Below, piece after piece: positions 7,828-16,533 of a stretch of 64,000 nucleotides of DNA; position 1 is the stretch's first letter; every line of letters begins with the position of its first letter. The notes under the pieces are model-generated. The model was given only the letters and a program-made list of their open reading frames with translations, made no database searches and was not told where the DNA came from. The position numbers and the translations under genes are program-made. This DNA comes from Spirochaetia bacterium (GTDB taxonomy: Bacteria; Spirochaetota; Spirochaetia; DSM-2461), in assembly GCA_963668315.1 (NCBI GenBank), contig OY764216.1, positions 5,248,001 through 5,312,000 of the forward strand, in the 5' to 3' direction.

Positions 7828-10359
7828 ATGATTCGTCCTTTCCCCATGAATCAGGTTTCCGTCAGCGACGCGTATCTGGCCAATGCCTTTGAAAAGGAGC
7901 TGGCCTACCTGAGAAGCTACAATCCGGACAGGCTTCTCAGTTATTTCAGGACCAATGCCGGACTCAGCAGCAAGGACGCCCCCTACCCGGGCTGGGAAGA
8001 CACGGAGATAAAAGGCCATACCCTGGGCCACTATCTGAAAGCCCTCTCCCAGGCCTATATCAACAGGAGGGACAGGGATATTCTGGAGCGGCTCCACTAC
8101 ATGATCGATGAGCTGGCCCTCTGCCAGAGAGAGGACGGCTATCTCTTCGCTTCGGAGGAGTCCTATTTTGACCGGGTGGAGGAGCAGAAACCCGTCTGGG
8201 TTCCCTGGTATACCATGCACAAGATCCTGGCAGGCCTCACCTTCACCTACGAAGCGACCGGCTACCCCGCGGCGCTGGAGACGGCCTCCCTCCTGGGAGA
8301 CTGGGTATCCCGTCGTACCGCTTCCTGGACCGAGGAGATCCGCTCCCGGGTCCTGGCCCTGGAGTACGGGGGAATGAATGACGCCCTTTACGACCTCTAC
8401 CGTCTGACCGGCAGGGAGTCCCACCTCAGAGCGGCCCGGGCCTTCGACGAGCTGACCCTCTGGGAACCCCTGAGGGAGGGGCGGGATGTCCTCCCGGGAA
8501 AGCATGCCAATACGACCATTCCCAAAATTGTGGGCGCCCTGAACCGCTATCATATCACCGGAGACGAAGCCGCCCTTGAAACGGCGGTCCGCTTCTGGGA
8601 CATGGTCGTTTCCCACCACAGCTACATAACGGGAGGAAACAGCGAATGGGAGCACTTCGGCAGGCCCGATATCCTTGACGCCGACCGGTCCCGCTACACC
8701 TGCGAAACCTGCAACACCTACAACATGCTCAAACTGACCCGCGGGCTCTTCGCGGCCACGGGAGACGGAAAATACGCCGATTTCTATGAGCGCACCTTCA
8801 TAAACGCCATTCTCTCCTCCCAGCATCCCGAGTCGGGCATGACCATGTATTTCCAGCCCATGGCCGCGGGGTATTTCAAGGTCTACAGCTCCCCCTTCGA
8901 CCACTTCTGGTGCTGCACCGGCACGGGCATGGAGAATTTTTCCAAATTGAACGACAGCCTCTTCTTCCATGAGAACGGCACGCTGTATGTGAATATGTAC
9001 TTCTCCTCCCATCTGGAATGGAAGGAGAGGGGCCTCAAGCTGACCATGAAAGCCGACCTGACCGTCAGCGATAAAATCACCCTGACCGTCGAAAGCGCCT
9101 CATCGGAAGAGAAGAACCGCATTCTCCTCCGAATCCCCCCCTGGACAAAAGGCACCCCCCTTCTGACCCTCAACGGGTCTCCCTGCCCCTGCCCTGTGGA
9201 AGGGGGATACGCCGTCCTTGACAGGGTATGGCGGGGCGACGACCGGATAACCCTGCGGCTGCCCATGGAAGTCAGGGCGCATACCCTGCCGGATAATCCC
9301 GCCGCCGCGGCCTTCCGGTACGGTCCCTACGTTCTGAGCGCCGCCCTGGGCCGGGAGGATCTCTCCCTCTCCCGGACGGGAGTCATGGTGGACGTCCCCA
9401 CGAAGGAGATGATCATCCAGGACTTTCTGACCCTGACCGAAGGGACTCCCGCCGCATGGCTCTCCCGCATCGGGGAGAATGCCCTGAAGGACGGGGAGAA
9501 GCCGGAGTTCCGCCTGACCGGCATTGCCGAGGGGGATTCCCTTCTCTTCACCCCCCACTACCTCCAGCACAACGAACGGTACGGCCTTTACTGGAATCTC
9601 GTGGAAAAGGATTCCCCCGAGGTCCAGAAGCATTTGAAAGACCGCAAGGACGCCTCCCTCCTGGCCGGCTCCACCGTTGATTCCCTGCCCGTCGGCAACG
9701 ACCAGTACGAGCTGACCCATCAAATCGCCGGGGAGAAGACCTACACCGGCACCTGGGACGGCTACAACTACCGCTGCGCCGACAGGGAAGGATGGTTCCG
9801 CTATACCCTCGGCGTCGTACCCGGGGAGGAAACCCTTCTCATGGTCAAATACTTCGATTTCGACCGGGAACGGCCGGTGTACATAGACATAGACGGGGAA
9901 CCGGCCTTCACGGAGACGGGCGATTTTCCCGGAAACAGGGAGTTCATTGACCGGATATACCCCATTCCCTCCTCCCTGACCAGGGGAAAAGGAAGCGTGA
10001 CCCTGACCTTCCGCGCCGGCAAGGAGAGCAAGACCGCCGGAATCTACCACATCCTCAGGACCCTGAAAAAGGCTTCCGCCGATGCCCGCCTCTCCTCGCT
10101 TACCCCTGCGGGACTTACGCTGGACGAGCCATTCAACCCGGAAAAAACCGGCTATACCCTGGTGGGGACGGGGGGCAGAACCTCCTTTCCCCTCAGACTG
10201 ACGCCGGCCGCCCGGAACGCCCTGGTCTATGTGGACGGGATACTCATTGACGATACGCAGACACGGACGATTCCCCTCTCCCCAGGGAAAGGGACAATCG
10301 AAATCCGGGTGGTCGCCGAGGACAGGAAAACCGAAAGGCTTTACACTCTCCGCGGGTAA
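7828..10359 (+). CDS. Beta-L-arabinofuranosidase-like glycosidase (GH146/GH127, DUF1680) with C-terminal beta-sandwich/cadherin-like domains
   Basis: 'GHTLGHYL', 'PWYTMHKI', 'EYGGMN', 'HANTTIPK', 'ETCNTYNMLK', 'FWCCTGTG'; no signal peptide. Confidence 0.88.
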   Translation: MIRPFPMNQVSVSDAYLANAFEKELAYLRSYNPDRLLSYFRTNAGLSSKDAPYPGWEDTEIKGHTLGHYLKALSQAYINRRDRDILERLHYMIDELALCQREDGYLFASEESYFDRVEEQKPVWVPWYTMHKILAGLTFTYEATGYPAALETASLLGDWVSRRTASWTEEIRSRVLALEYGGMNDALYDLYRLTGRESHLRAARAFDELTLWEPLREGRDVLPGKHANTTIPKIVGALNRYHITGDEAALETAVRFWDMVVSHHSYITGGNSEWEHFGRPDILDADRSRYTCETCNTYNMLKLTRGLFAATGDGKYADFYERTFINAILSSQHPESGMTMYFQPMAAGYFKVYSSPFDHFWCCTGTGMENFSKLNDSLFFHENGTLYVNMYFSSHLEWKERGLKLTMKADLTVSDKITLTVESASSEEKNRILLRIPPWTKGTPLLTLNGSPCPCPVEGGYAVLDRVWRGDDRITLRLPMEVRAHTLPDNPAAAAFRYGPYVLSAALGREDLSLSRTGVMVDVPTKEMIIQDFLTLTEGTPAAWLSRIGENALKDGEKPEFRLTGIAEGDSLLFTPHYLQHNERYGLYWNLVEKDSPEVQKHLKDRKDASLLAGSTVDSLPVGNDQYELTHQIAGEKTYTGTWDGYNYRCADREGWFRYTLGVVPGEETLLMVKYFDFDRERPVYIDIDGEPAFTETGDFPGNREFIDRIYPIPSSLTRGKGSVTLTFRAGKESKTAGIYHILRTLKKASADARLSSLTPAGLTLDEPFNPEKTGYTLVGTGGRTSFPLRLTPAARNALVYVDGILIDDTQTRTIPLSPGKGTIEIRVVAEDRKTERLYTLRG

Positions 10360-10396
10360 GCGAAACGGGGCGGTAAAAACGGAGGATGCCCCGCCC

Positions 10397-11272
10397 CTAC
10401 CGGAAGCGGGCGATGATCTCCCTCAGGCGGACGAGGGACTTCTCATGGCCGAACTGGGCGATCATTAAAAGGAGCTCCTTCAGCTGGTAAAGGGGCAGCC
10501 GCTCCCGCCAGCCGGGGATCAGCCCGTAGGATTCGTCGTACCCCTCGTAGAAAGCCTCGGGGAAAACCTTGTAGAGCTGGGTATTGGCCAGATCCGCCTC
10601 GGGATGGCCGTAATGGAGGGCCGGATCGATCAGGACGATGCCCCCTCCGACCTTCTTGAAGACATTGTTCATCCAGAAATCCCCGTGGCAGACAGCCGGG
10701 GGCAGATCGGGAACCAGATCCTTCATCTTCAGAAATATCCCCTCTATCCCCGCGATATCGTCGGCCGTGATGAACTCCCCGTTCCTCCCCGCGTCATAAT
10801 AGCAGGAGACCCGGTTCTTATAATAGAAATCGACCCAGTCCTTCTCGGGGGTGTTCTTCTGCGTCCAGATTCCCAGATAGTTATCGAAGGGATAACCGTA
10901 ATAATCCATCTTTCCCCTGTGAAGAGCACCGAAATCCCGGCCGAAATCGAACCAGTCCTCATCGTCCGCCTCCTCAGCTTCCGGGCCCAGATCCTCCATC
11001 AGCAGAATCCCCTCCGAAACGCCCAGCACCCGGGGAACGGTCACCGTACCGGTCCCGCCCATCCTCTCCAGAGCCTCCGCCTCAAAGCGGAAAAGATCGG
11101 GAATATCCTCCTTGCAAACCTTGGCGATCCAGGTCCTGGAATCGGATCTCAGCCGGAAAATATGATTGGCGGCACCGGAAGTCAGATACTCCCACGCCCT
11201 CAGGGGCTCTCCCATAAGCGCCGTCAGCTCCTCGGCCTGCCCGTCGTTCAGCTCAGGTTTTTCTTCTTCCAT
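10397..11272 (-). CDS. Fructosamine kinase family protein
   Basis: 'FRFEAEAL', 'DNYLG..Q.N', 'HGDFWMNN', 'IDPA.HYGH.E.DL'. Start at ATG 11272 after a GGAG RBS. Confidence 0.88.
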   Translation of the reverse strand: MEEEKPELNDGQAEELTALMGEPLRAWEYLTSGAANHIFRLRSDSRTWIAKVCKEDIPDLFRFEAEALERMGGTGTVTVPRVLGVSEGILLMEDLGPEAEEADDEDWFDFGRDFGALHRGKMDYYGYPFDNYLGIWTQKNTPEKDWVDFYYKNRVSCYYDAGRNGEFITADDIAGIEGIFLKMKDLVPDLPPAVCHGDFWMNNVFKKVGGGIVLIDPALHYGHPEADLANTQLYKVFPEAFYEGYDESYGLIPGWRERLPLYQLKELLLMIAQFGHEKSLVRLREIIARFR

Positions 11273-11445
11273 AAAACACTCCTGCCAAGGATCATACCAC
11301 ATAAATAAATCCTGGCAAATCCGCGCCGCCTGCGCCGCCGCGGACCGGACTATCCGCTCGAAGGGGCTTGTCTCCGGCCCTCACTCCCTCTTCCTCCCGT
11401 CAGAGGGGCGCCGGAGGCCCCTAACCGCTCCTATTCCTTTTGCGT

Positions 11446-12726
11446 CTACGCCTCTTTCAGAATCTTCTGCTCAATAAGGGGAGACTCCTTCAGAAAGAGA
11501 ACCAGTCCCAGGGAGATCAGGGAGAGAAGGGCAAACAGTCCCATCATATCCTTCAACCAGAGATTCGACCTCAGGCTCATCATGGCGGTGAATACCATGC
11601 CGGAGATCTGCCCCGCGAGAAGCAGAAGTCCCTGGGAGGAGGATTCCGGAGCGGGATGGCTCACCTCGGCGGCGTACTGGAACCCTATGGGACCGGCGCT
11701 CATAACGAAAAACCCCAGGAGAAAGGAAGAGACCAGGGCCGCGGTGTAAACCGATCCGGAAGCCGAAAACAGTCTGTCCGCAAAGGCCAGTCCCGCCAGA
11801 GCGGGGACCATGCCGGCCATATTAATGACCAGAAAGAGTTTTCGCTTTCTCAGTTTGTCCGAGAGGATGGGAAGGATCAGAGCGCCGAGGATCCCCCCGG
11901 CTATCATGAGGACGCCGATCATCCCGTCCGAATCGGCCACGCCCAGGGAACCGGAAATCGAATCGACCATGGAACTGACCGCATTGAAGATGCCCAGGCC
12001 GATGAAGAAGAGAATCAGGGTAAAGACCATGTCCCTCCGCCCGAAGATATAGCGGAAGCCTTCGGTGAACTTCACGTGGCTCCGGTTTTCCTCCTCCCCC
12101 GAGGTGCGGGGCCTTTCCCTGATAAGGAAAAAGGCGGCCAGCGCGACGGCGGCGCTTATGATGCCGTAGAGCCTGAGCATGGAACCCAGCCCCTGCCCGT
12201 AGGACGGGTCTTCCGGGGAGCAGACGACCAGGAGGGGGGTAATCCCCATGGCGGCGATAATTCCCAGATACTGGGCCAGGGACGCCAGCCCGGTGGCCGT
12301 GCCCCGCTCCTCCAGGGGAAACCAGCGGGCGGCCGTGGCCGTCACGCCGTTCAGAAGAAAGGGCTGCGCCGCAGCCAGTCCGACCTGGGCCCACAGCACG
12401 ACAAGAAAAGAGTCCCCCCCGAAGCCTTTGACAAGGCTGAAGACGGCGGTCATGAAACAGCCCGCCCCCAGGCCGACCCTGATCCCCTTCGTATCGATCA
12501 CATAGGAAGCGGGCAGGGAGACGGCCAGATAGACAATCATGTAGGAGAGGGCCAGAAAATCGATATTGAAAAGGGAATCGGGATTGAACTGGCCTTCGTA
12601 GAAAACGGAGGCCGCCCGGGAAACGGCCGCCACGGCCAGCCACTGAAGCTCGATAATCACGGTAACCCCCATAAGGGCCGCCAGGACTATCCACCGGTAC
12701 GGGGGGTAATGATCGCCTTTTTCCAT
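11446..12726 (-). CDS. MFS transporter, FLVCR/SLC49-like
   Basis: About 12 TM segments; 'YRWIVL', 'LQWL', 'AQPFLL', 'RWFPLEERG.A.G', 'AAEVSHPAPESSSQG'. Confidence 0.9.
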   Translation of the reverse strand: MEKGDHYPPYRWIVLAALMGVTVIIELQWLAVAAVSRAASVFYEGQFNPDSLFNIDFLALSYMIVYLAVSLPASYVIDTKGIRVGLGAGCFMTAVFSLVKGFGGDSFLVVLWAQVGLAAAQPFLLNGVTATAARWFPLEERGTATGLASLAQYLGIIAAMGITPLLVVCSPEDPSYGQGLGSMLRLYGIISAAVALAAFFLIRERPRTSGEEENRSHVKFTEGFRYIFGRRDMVFTLILFFIGLGIFNAVSSMVDSISGSLGVADSDGMIGVLMIAGGILGALILPILSDKLRKRKLFLVINMAGMVPALAGLAFADRLFSASGSVYTAALVSSFLLGFFVMSAGPIGFQYAAEVSHPAPESSSQGLLLLAGQISGMVFTAMMSLRSNLWLKDMMGLFALLSLISLGLVLFLKESPLIEQKILKEA

Positions 12727-12741
12727 ATCCTCTCCTTTTCT

Positions 12742-14340
12742 CTACCTGTTCATCCGGTAGAACAGATTCCGGTTTTTCCTATACAGCTCCCGAAAGACAC
12801 GGTACTGCTTCTCATAGACGGCCCTGTCCTTCCGGTCGGGACGGAAGCGTTCCTTCAGGGGTATCATGGCCGGGATTTCTTTCGGGGAGTCGATCCATCC
12901 CATCCCCCACGCCGCAATCAGCGCGGCCCCCAGAGCCCCGGCGTTATGGGGGTTTTCGGGAACTTCCAGCTCCCGCCCCGTCACATCGGCGAGGATCTGC
13001 GCCGTAACCGGGGACAGGGCTCCTCCCCCCACGAAGCGCAGGACATTCTGCCGGGGAATTCTCTCTTCGATGCTCTCAAGCATCCACCGGCTGTTATAGG
13101 CCAGTCCCTCCACCACGGCGCGGATCATCTCGCTCTTTCCCGTATTCAGTCCCAGGTTGAAGAACATTCCCCGGGCATGGGGATCCTCGAAGGGAGACCG
13201 GTTCCCGTGGAGCCAGGGAGTGAAAAGCACATCCCCCGATCCGGCGGGAGTTCCCCCAATCACTTCGTTGAGATATTCAAAAAGGTTGCGGTAAATCGAT
13301 TCGGGATCGTCGGCCACGGAGATTTTCTCCAGATAGATGCCTATCTCGTCTATGGCCAGATGGTCCCGCACCCATTCCAGGCACTTGCCCGAGGTCTCCT
13401 GCTCACAGAAGTAGTGGAAACGTCCCGGCACGGCGCAGGTGATGGAAGCGATTTTCCTCTTAATATCCAGCATGCGCCTGTCCGTGACGGCCGAGACCCA
13501 CCCGGATGTTCCCATATAGATATGGGTGCGGTTCTTCTCCACGGCTCCCGCTCCCAGGCCTATGGTGGACGCATCGCCCCCTCCTCCGAAGACAGGGGTG
13601 TCTTCCGCCAGCCCCATCCGCGCGGCCATGGTTCCCGTCAGCCCGCCGGCCACCTGGCTCGAACCGATAATCCGGGGCAGATGGCCCGGGTCGACTCCGT
13701 AGGCACGGCAGAGGGGAAGACTCCAGCATCCCCGTCCCGGGCGGTTGTCGAAAAGGCCCGTGGCACAGGCCGAATCCTCCGTGCAGACCGCTTCCCCGGT
13801 AAGGCGGTAGATAAGGAAATCCTTCACATCCAGCCAGTAATTTATCCAGGAAAACAGCTCCTTCTCGTTCTCCTTCACCCAGAGATACTTCCACAGGGGA
13901 TCTTTAACGCTGGTGGGAGCGATGCCGGTAACAGCGATGGAACGGGCCAGGAGAAGGGGCGGAATATCGTCTATACCGGGTCCCCGGGAAAATTTTCTCT
14001 TAACCTCCACGGCCCTCTGGTCCATATAGCTCATGGCGGGCCTCAGGGGCATACCGTCCCGGCCGACCAGAACAAGCCCCTGCATCTGGGAGGAAAAGGA
14101 GAGCCCCTTAATAGCCGAGGGGGAGACGCCCGTCTCCTCAAGAATCCTCCCGGTCGTCAGGATCAGGGCATCCACCCACTCCTCCGGGTTCTGTTCGGCC
14201 CTTCCCCCCTCTTGTATCTTGATGGGATAGGACTCCATGGCGCTTCCGATCAGTTCGGCGGGAGATCCCATCCGATAAAGGCAGGATTTGGTGCTGGTGG
14301 TGCCCACGTCAAAGGCCAGGATCAAAGACTCACCCGTCAT
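12742..14340 (-). CDS. FGGY-family carbohydrate kinase (xylulokinase-like)
   Basis: 'DVGTTSTK', 'QMQGLV', 'GGGD', 'GTSGW', 'PWLHGNRSP', 'GGGA'. Confidence 0.93.
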   Translation of the reverse strand: MTGESLILAFDVGTTSTKSCLYRMGSPAELIGSAMESYPIKIQEGGRAEQNPEEWVDALILTTGRILEETGVSPSAIKGLSFSSQMQGLVLVGRDGMPLRPAMSYMDQRAVEVKRKFSRGPGIDDIPPLLLARSIAVTGIAPTSVKDPLWKYLWVKENEKELFSWINYWLDVKDFLIYRLTGEAVCTEDSACATGLFDNRPGRGCWSLPLCRAYGVDPGHLPRIIGSSQVAGGLTGTMAARMGLAEDTPVFGGGGDASTIGLGAGAVEKNRTHIYMGTSGWVSAVTDRRMLDIKRKIASITCAVPGRFHYFCEQETSGKCLEWVRDHLAIDEIGIYLEKISVADDPESIYRNLFEYLNEVIGGTPAGSGDVLFTPWLHGNRSPFEDPHARGMFFNLGLNTGKSEMIRAVVEGLAYNSRWMLESIEERIPRQNVLRFVGGGALSPVTAQILADVTGRELEVPENPHNAGALGAALIAAWGMGWIDSPKEIPAMIPLKERFRPDRKDRAVYEKQYRVFRELYRKNRNLFYRMNR

Positions 14341-14990
14341 TGTTCCAGCCGCTGTTTCGAATATTTCTTCAAATAAATCTGATGCATGAGGGCCGCCTCA
14401 AACCGATTGATCGACTTGGCCCCTCCCAGGAATTCGGCCTCGATGAAGGCCTTGCAGCCCTTATCCAGCACTTCGCAGCAGACAAAGGCCTCCTCCATAT
14501 CCCGCCCCAGGCAGACAGCCCCGTGATTGGCCATGAGCGCCCCGTTTCGTCCGCGCAGGGCTTTCAGGGTCTTCCGTACAATGGCTTTCGTGCTGGGAAG
14601 GGCATAACCGGCGACCCTCACCGTAGGCCCGATCAGCTGAGCCAGATCGTCCAGGACGGGAGGAACCTCCCTCCGGGCGGCGGCGGCCACGCTGGCATTG
14701 GGGCTGTGGTTATGAATAACGGCGCCGATCTCCTTCCTTTCCCGGTAGATCGCCGTATGAAGCTTATATTCGCTGGAAGGCTTGCGCCCCGTCCACTCCT
14801 CCGTTTCGATATTCACCAAGGTGAGGTCTTCCGGTTTAATTTTCACATATTCCAGTCCGCTGGGAGTCACAAGCATCTCCGTTTCGGAAAGGCGCACACT
14901 CAGATTCCCCCAGGTCCCCGAAGTCAGACCCGCTTCGACCAGCCTCAATCCGCTCTGCAGAAGGAGTTCCCTTCCTCTCTCGACATTCAT
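14337..14990 (-). CDS. Class II aldolase/adducin family (fuculose-1-phosphate aldolase-like)
   Basis: 'GNLS', 'TPSG', 'PSSE..LH', metal ligands 'HNHS' and 'NHG'. Confidence 0.93.
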   Translation of the reverse strand: MNVERGRELLLQSGLRLVEAGLTSGTWGNLSVRLSETEMLVTPSGLEYVKIKPEDLTLVNIETEEWTGRKPSSEYKLHTAIYRERKEIGAVIHNHSPNASVAAAARREVPPVLDDLAQLIGPTVRVAGYALPSTKAIVRKTLKALRGRNGALMANHGAVCLGRDMEEAFVCCEVLDKGCKAFIEAEFLGGAKSINRFEAALMHQIYLKKYSKQRLEQ

Positions 14991-15003
14991 GCGTCCTCCT
15001 CTC

Positions 15004-16464
15004 CTAGACGGAGCTTTTCACCCGGGAGAAAACCCGGTCGAAGCGCTCAAGGGCATCGTCGACGACCTCTTCACTGTCCTGGGCGCTTGTATACAGCCGG
15101 CTTCCCGCCAGGGTGATGATCCCCTCCGCCGTATAGGCGGCGCCGTAGATTTCCATGACTTCCTTTCGGGCCCGGGCTTCTCGTATCGTCTCCTTGATCG
15201 TCCAGAATCTCTTCAGATCTATGTCCAGAAGCATGGCCGCCCCCGTTTCCAGATGGCAGATGGCGCCCTGGTTGAAAGCGACAAAGGGCAGCTTGTACTT
15301 ATCCATGATTTTCTTAAGCCCTTCGGTCAGCCTGTCGGCGGCGGCTCCTGCTTTGACGCAGCTGTCCTGCTTCTCCATTTCGCAGATGGTGAAATACCCC
15401 GCCGCCGAACTCAGGGGGTTGGCCGCCATGGTTCCTCCCACGAGGGCCTTCTTCTGACCGCTCTGAAGTCCGGCGGCCAGAAACTTCATGAACTGCTCCT
15501 TACCGCCCAGTCCGCCGGCCGAGGGGTATCCCCCCGCCACGATCTTTCCGAAAACGGTCAGGTCCGGTTCCACCCCGAAATACCCCTGGGCTCCGGACAT
15601 GCCGATTCTGAAGGCGGTAACCACCTCGTCGAAAATCAGCAGGGCGCCGTACTTATCGCACAGGGCACGCACGCCCGCGTTGAAATCCCTGTCCAGAGGC
15701 CTGGTTCCGCTCTCCGGGCCGACCGGCTCGATGAGAACAGCCGCGGTCCCTCCCCTCAGCCGGTTTCTCCTGAGAACCCCTTCCAGGCTGTTGAGATCGT
15801 TAGGATAGAACTCCTGGGTCTGTTTGAAGACATGGCGGGGAACGCCGTGGGCTTCCAGATGCATGGTCCCGGGCAGGCGGATGCCGTAGGCCAGCTGGTC
15901 GCTCCATCCGTGGTAGGCACCTCCCATCTTCACGACATTCTTATGCCCCGTGGCCAGACGGGCGACCCGTATGGAAGCCATGCAGGCTTCCGTACCGCTG
16001 CCGAGCATACGGAACAGATCCACCGAGGGATAAAGCTGGGCAATCTTATCGGCCAGTTTGTACTCGTATTCATGGAAAAGCCCCGTCACGGGACCGGTGG
16101 TATTGAGCAGCTCCACCACCTTTTCCCTCACCTCCGGCATATTGCTCCCGAGCAGAGTGGGACCGCCGGCCTGAAGAAAGTCGATATAGCGGTTTCCGTC
16201 CAGGTCGTAGAGGTAGGCCCCCTCCGCCCTTTCCATAACCAGAGGAAAGGGGTGGTTGAAGGCCAGGTTGTGCTGAACACCTCCGGGGATCCGGGTCTTT
16301 GCCTTCTCTATCATCTCCCGGGATCGGGTGCATTTCTTTTCGAAGTAGCCGTCCACCTCCTCCACATAGGACGATTCGGGCATCAGGACGGGCCGGGATA
16401 CCAGCCTCTTCAGTTCGGCGGTAACCTCCGCCGCATCGGGATAGCGGGAAATGGAAAAACTCAT
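15004..16464 (-). CDS. Class III PLP aminotransferase (HemL-like fold, probably not HemL)
   Basis: 'DLDGNRYIDF', 'SGTEA', 'YHGW', 'FDEVVTAFR', PLP lysine in 'FGKIVAGG'. Start ATG 16464 after GGAGG. Confidence 0.92.
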   Translation of the reverse strand: MSFSISRYPDAAEVTAELKRLVSRPVLMPESSYVEEVDGYFEKKCTRSREMIEKAKTRIPGGVQHNLAFNHPFPLVMERAEGAYLYDLDGNRYIDFLQAGGPTLLGSNMPEVREKVVELLNTTGPVTGLFHEYEYKLADKIAQLYPSVDLFRMLGSGTEACMASIRVARLATGHKNVVKMGGAYHGWSDQLAYGIRLPGTMHLEAHGVPRHVFKQTQEFYPNDLNSLEGVLRRNRLRGGTAAVLIEPVGPESGTRPLDRDFNAGVRALCDKYGALLIFDEVVTAFRIGMSGAQGYFGVEPDLTVFGKIVAGGYPSAGGLGGKEQFMKFLAAGLQSGQKKALVGGTMAANPLSSAAGYFTICEMEKQDSCVKAGAAADRLTEGLKKIMDKYKLPFVAFNQGAICHLETGAAMLLDIDLKRFWTIKETIREARARKEVMEIYGAAYTAEGIITLAGSRLYTSAQDSEEVVDDALERFDRVFSRVKSSV

Positions 16465-16473
16465 GGGACCTCC

Positions 16474-16499
16474 AGTAAGTGAGCGCTCACTCACTTACT
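16474..16499. promoter_or_regulatory. Palindromic operator, probably bound by the adjacent TetR
   Basis: AGTAAGTGAG-N6-CTCACTTACT perfect 10-bp inverted repeat containing the palindrome AGTGAGCGCTCACT; lies between the -10 and the RBS. Confidence 0.8.
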
Positions 16500-16503
16500 T
16501 TTC

Positions 16504-16531
16504 AGAATAGCACAGAAAAGGGGAATGTCAA
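16504..16531 (-). promoter_or_regulatory. Sigma-70 promoter of the aminotransferase operon
   Basis: Minus strand TTGACA (16526-16531), N16, TGn-TATTCT (16504-16509). Confidence 0.7.
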
Positions 16532-16533
16532 GT

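Noticed and set aside
12742..14990. Calling the kinase and aldolase the fucK/fucA (or xylB) genes serving the GH95 locus
   Set aside because: There is no isomerase or mutarotase, and the operon is headed by an aminotransferase under a separate TetR. This is not fully excluded, since an isomerase could lie elsewhere.
15004..16464. Calling the aminotransferase hemL
   Set aside because: It has PGGVQHNL instead of the HemL-type PGGVNSPVR, carries an N-terminal extension, and sits in a sugar-kinase/aldolase operon with no tetrapyrrole genes.
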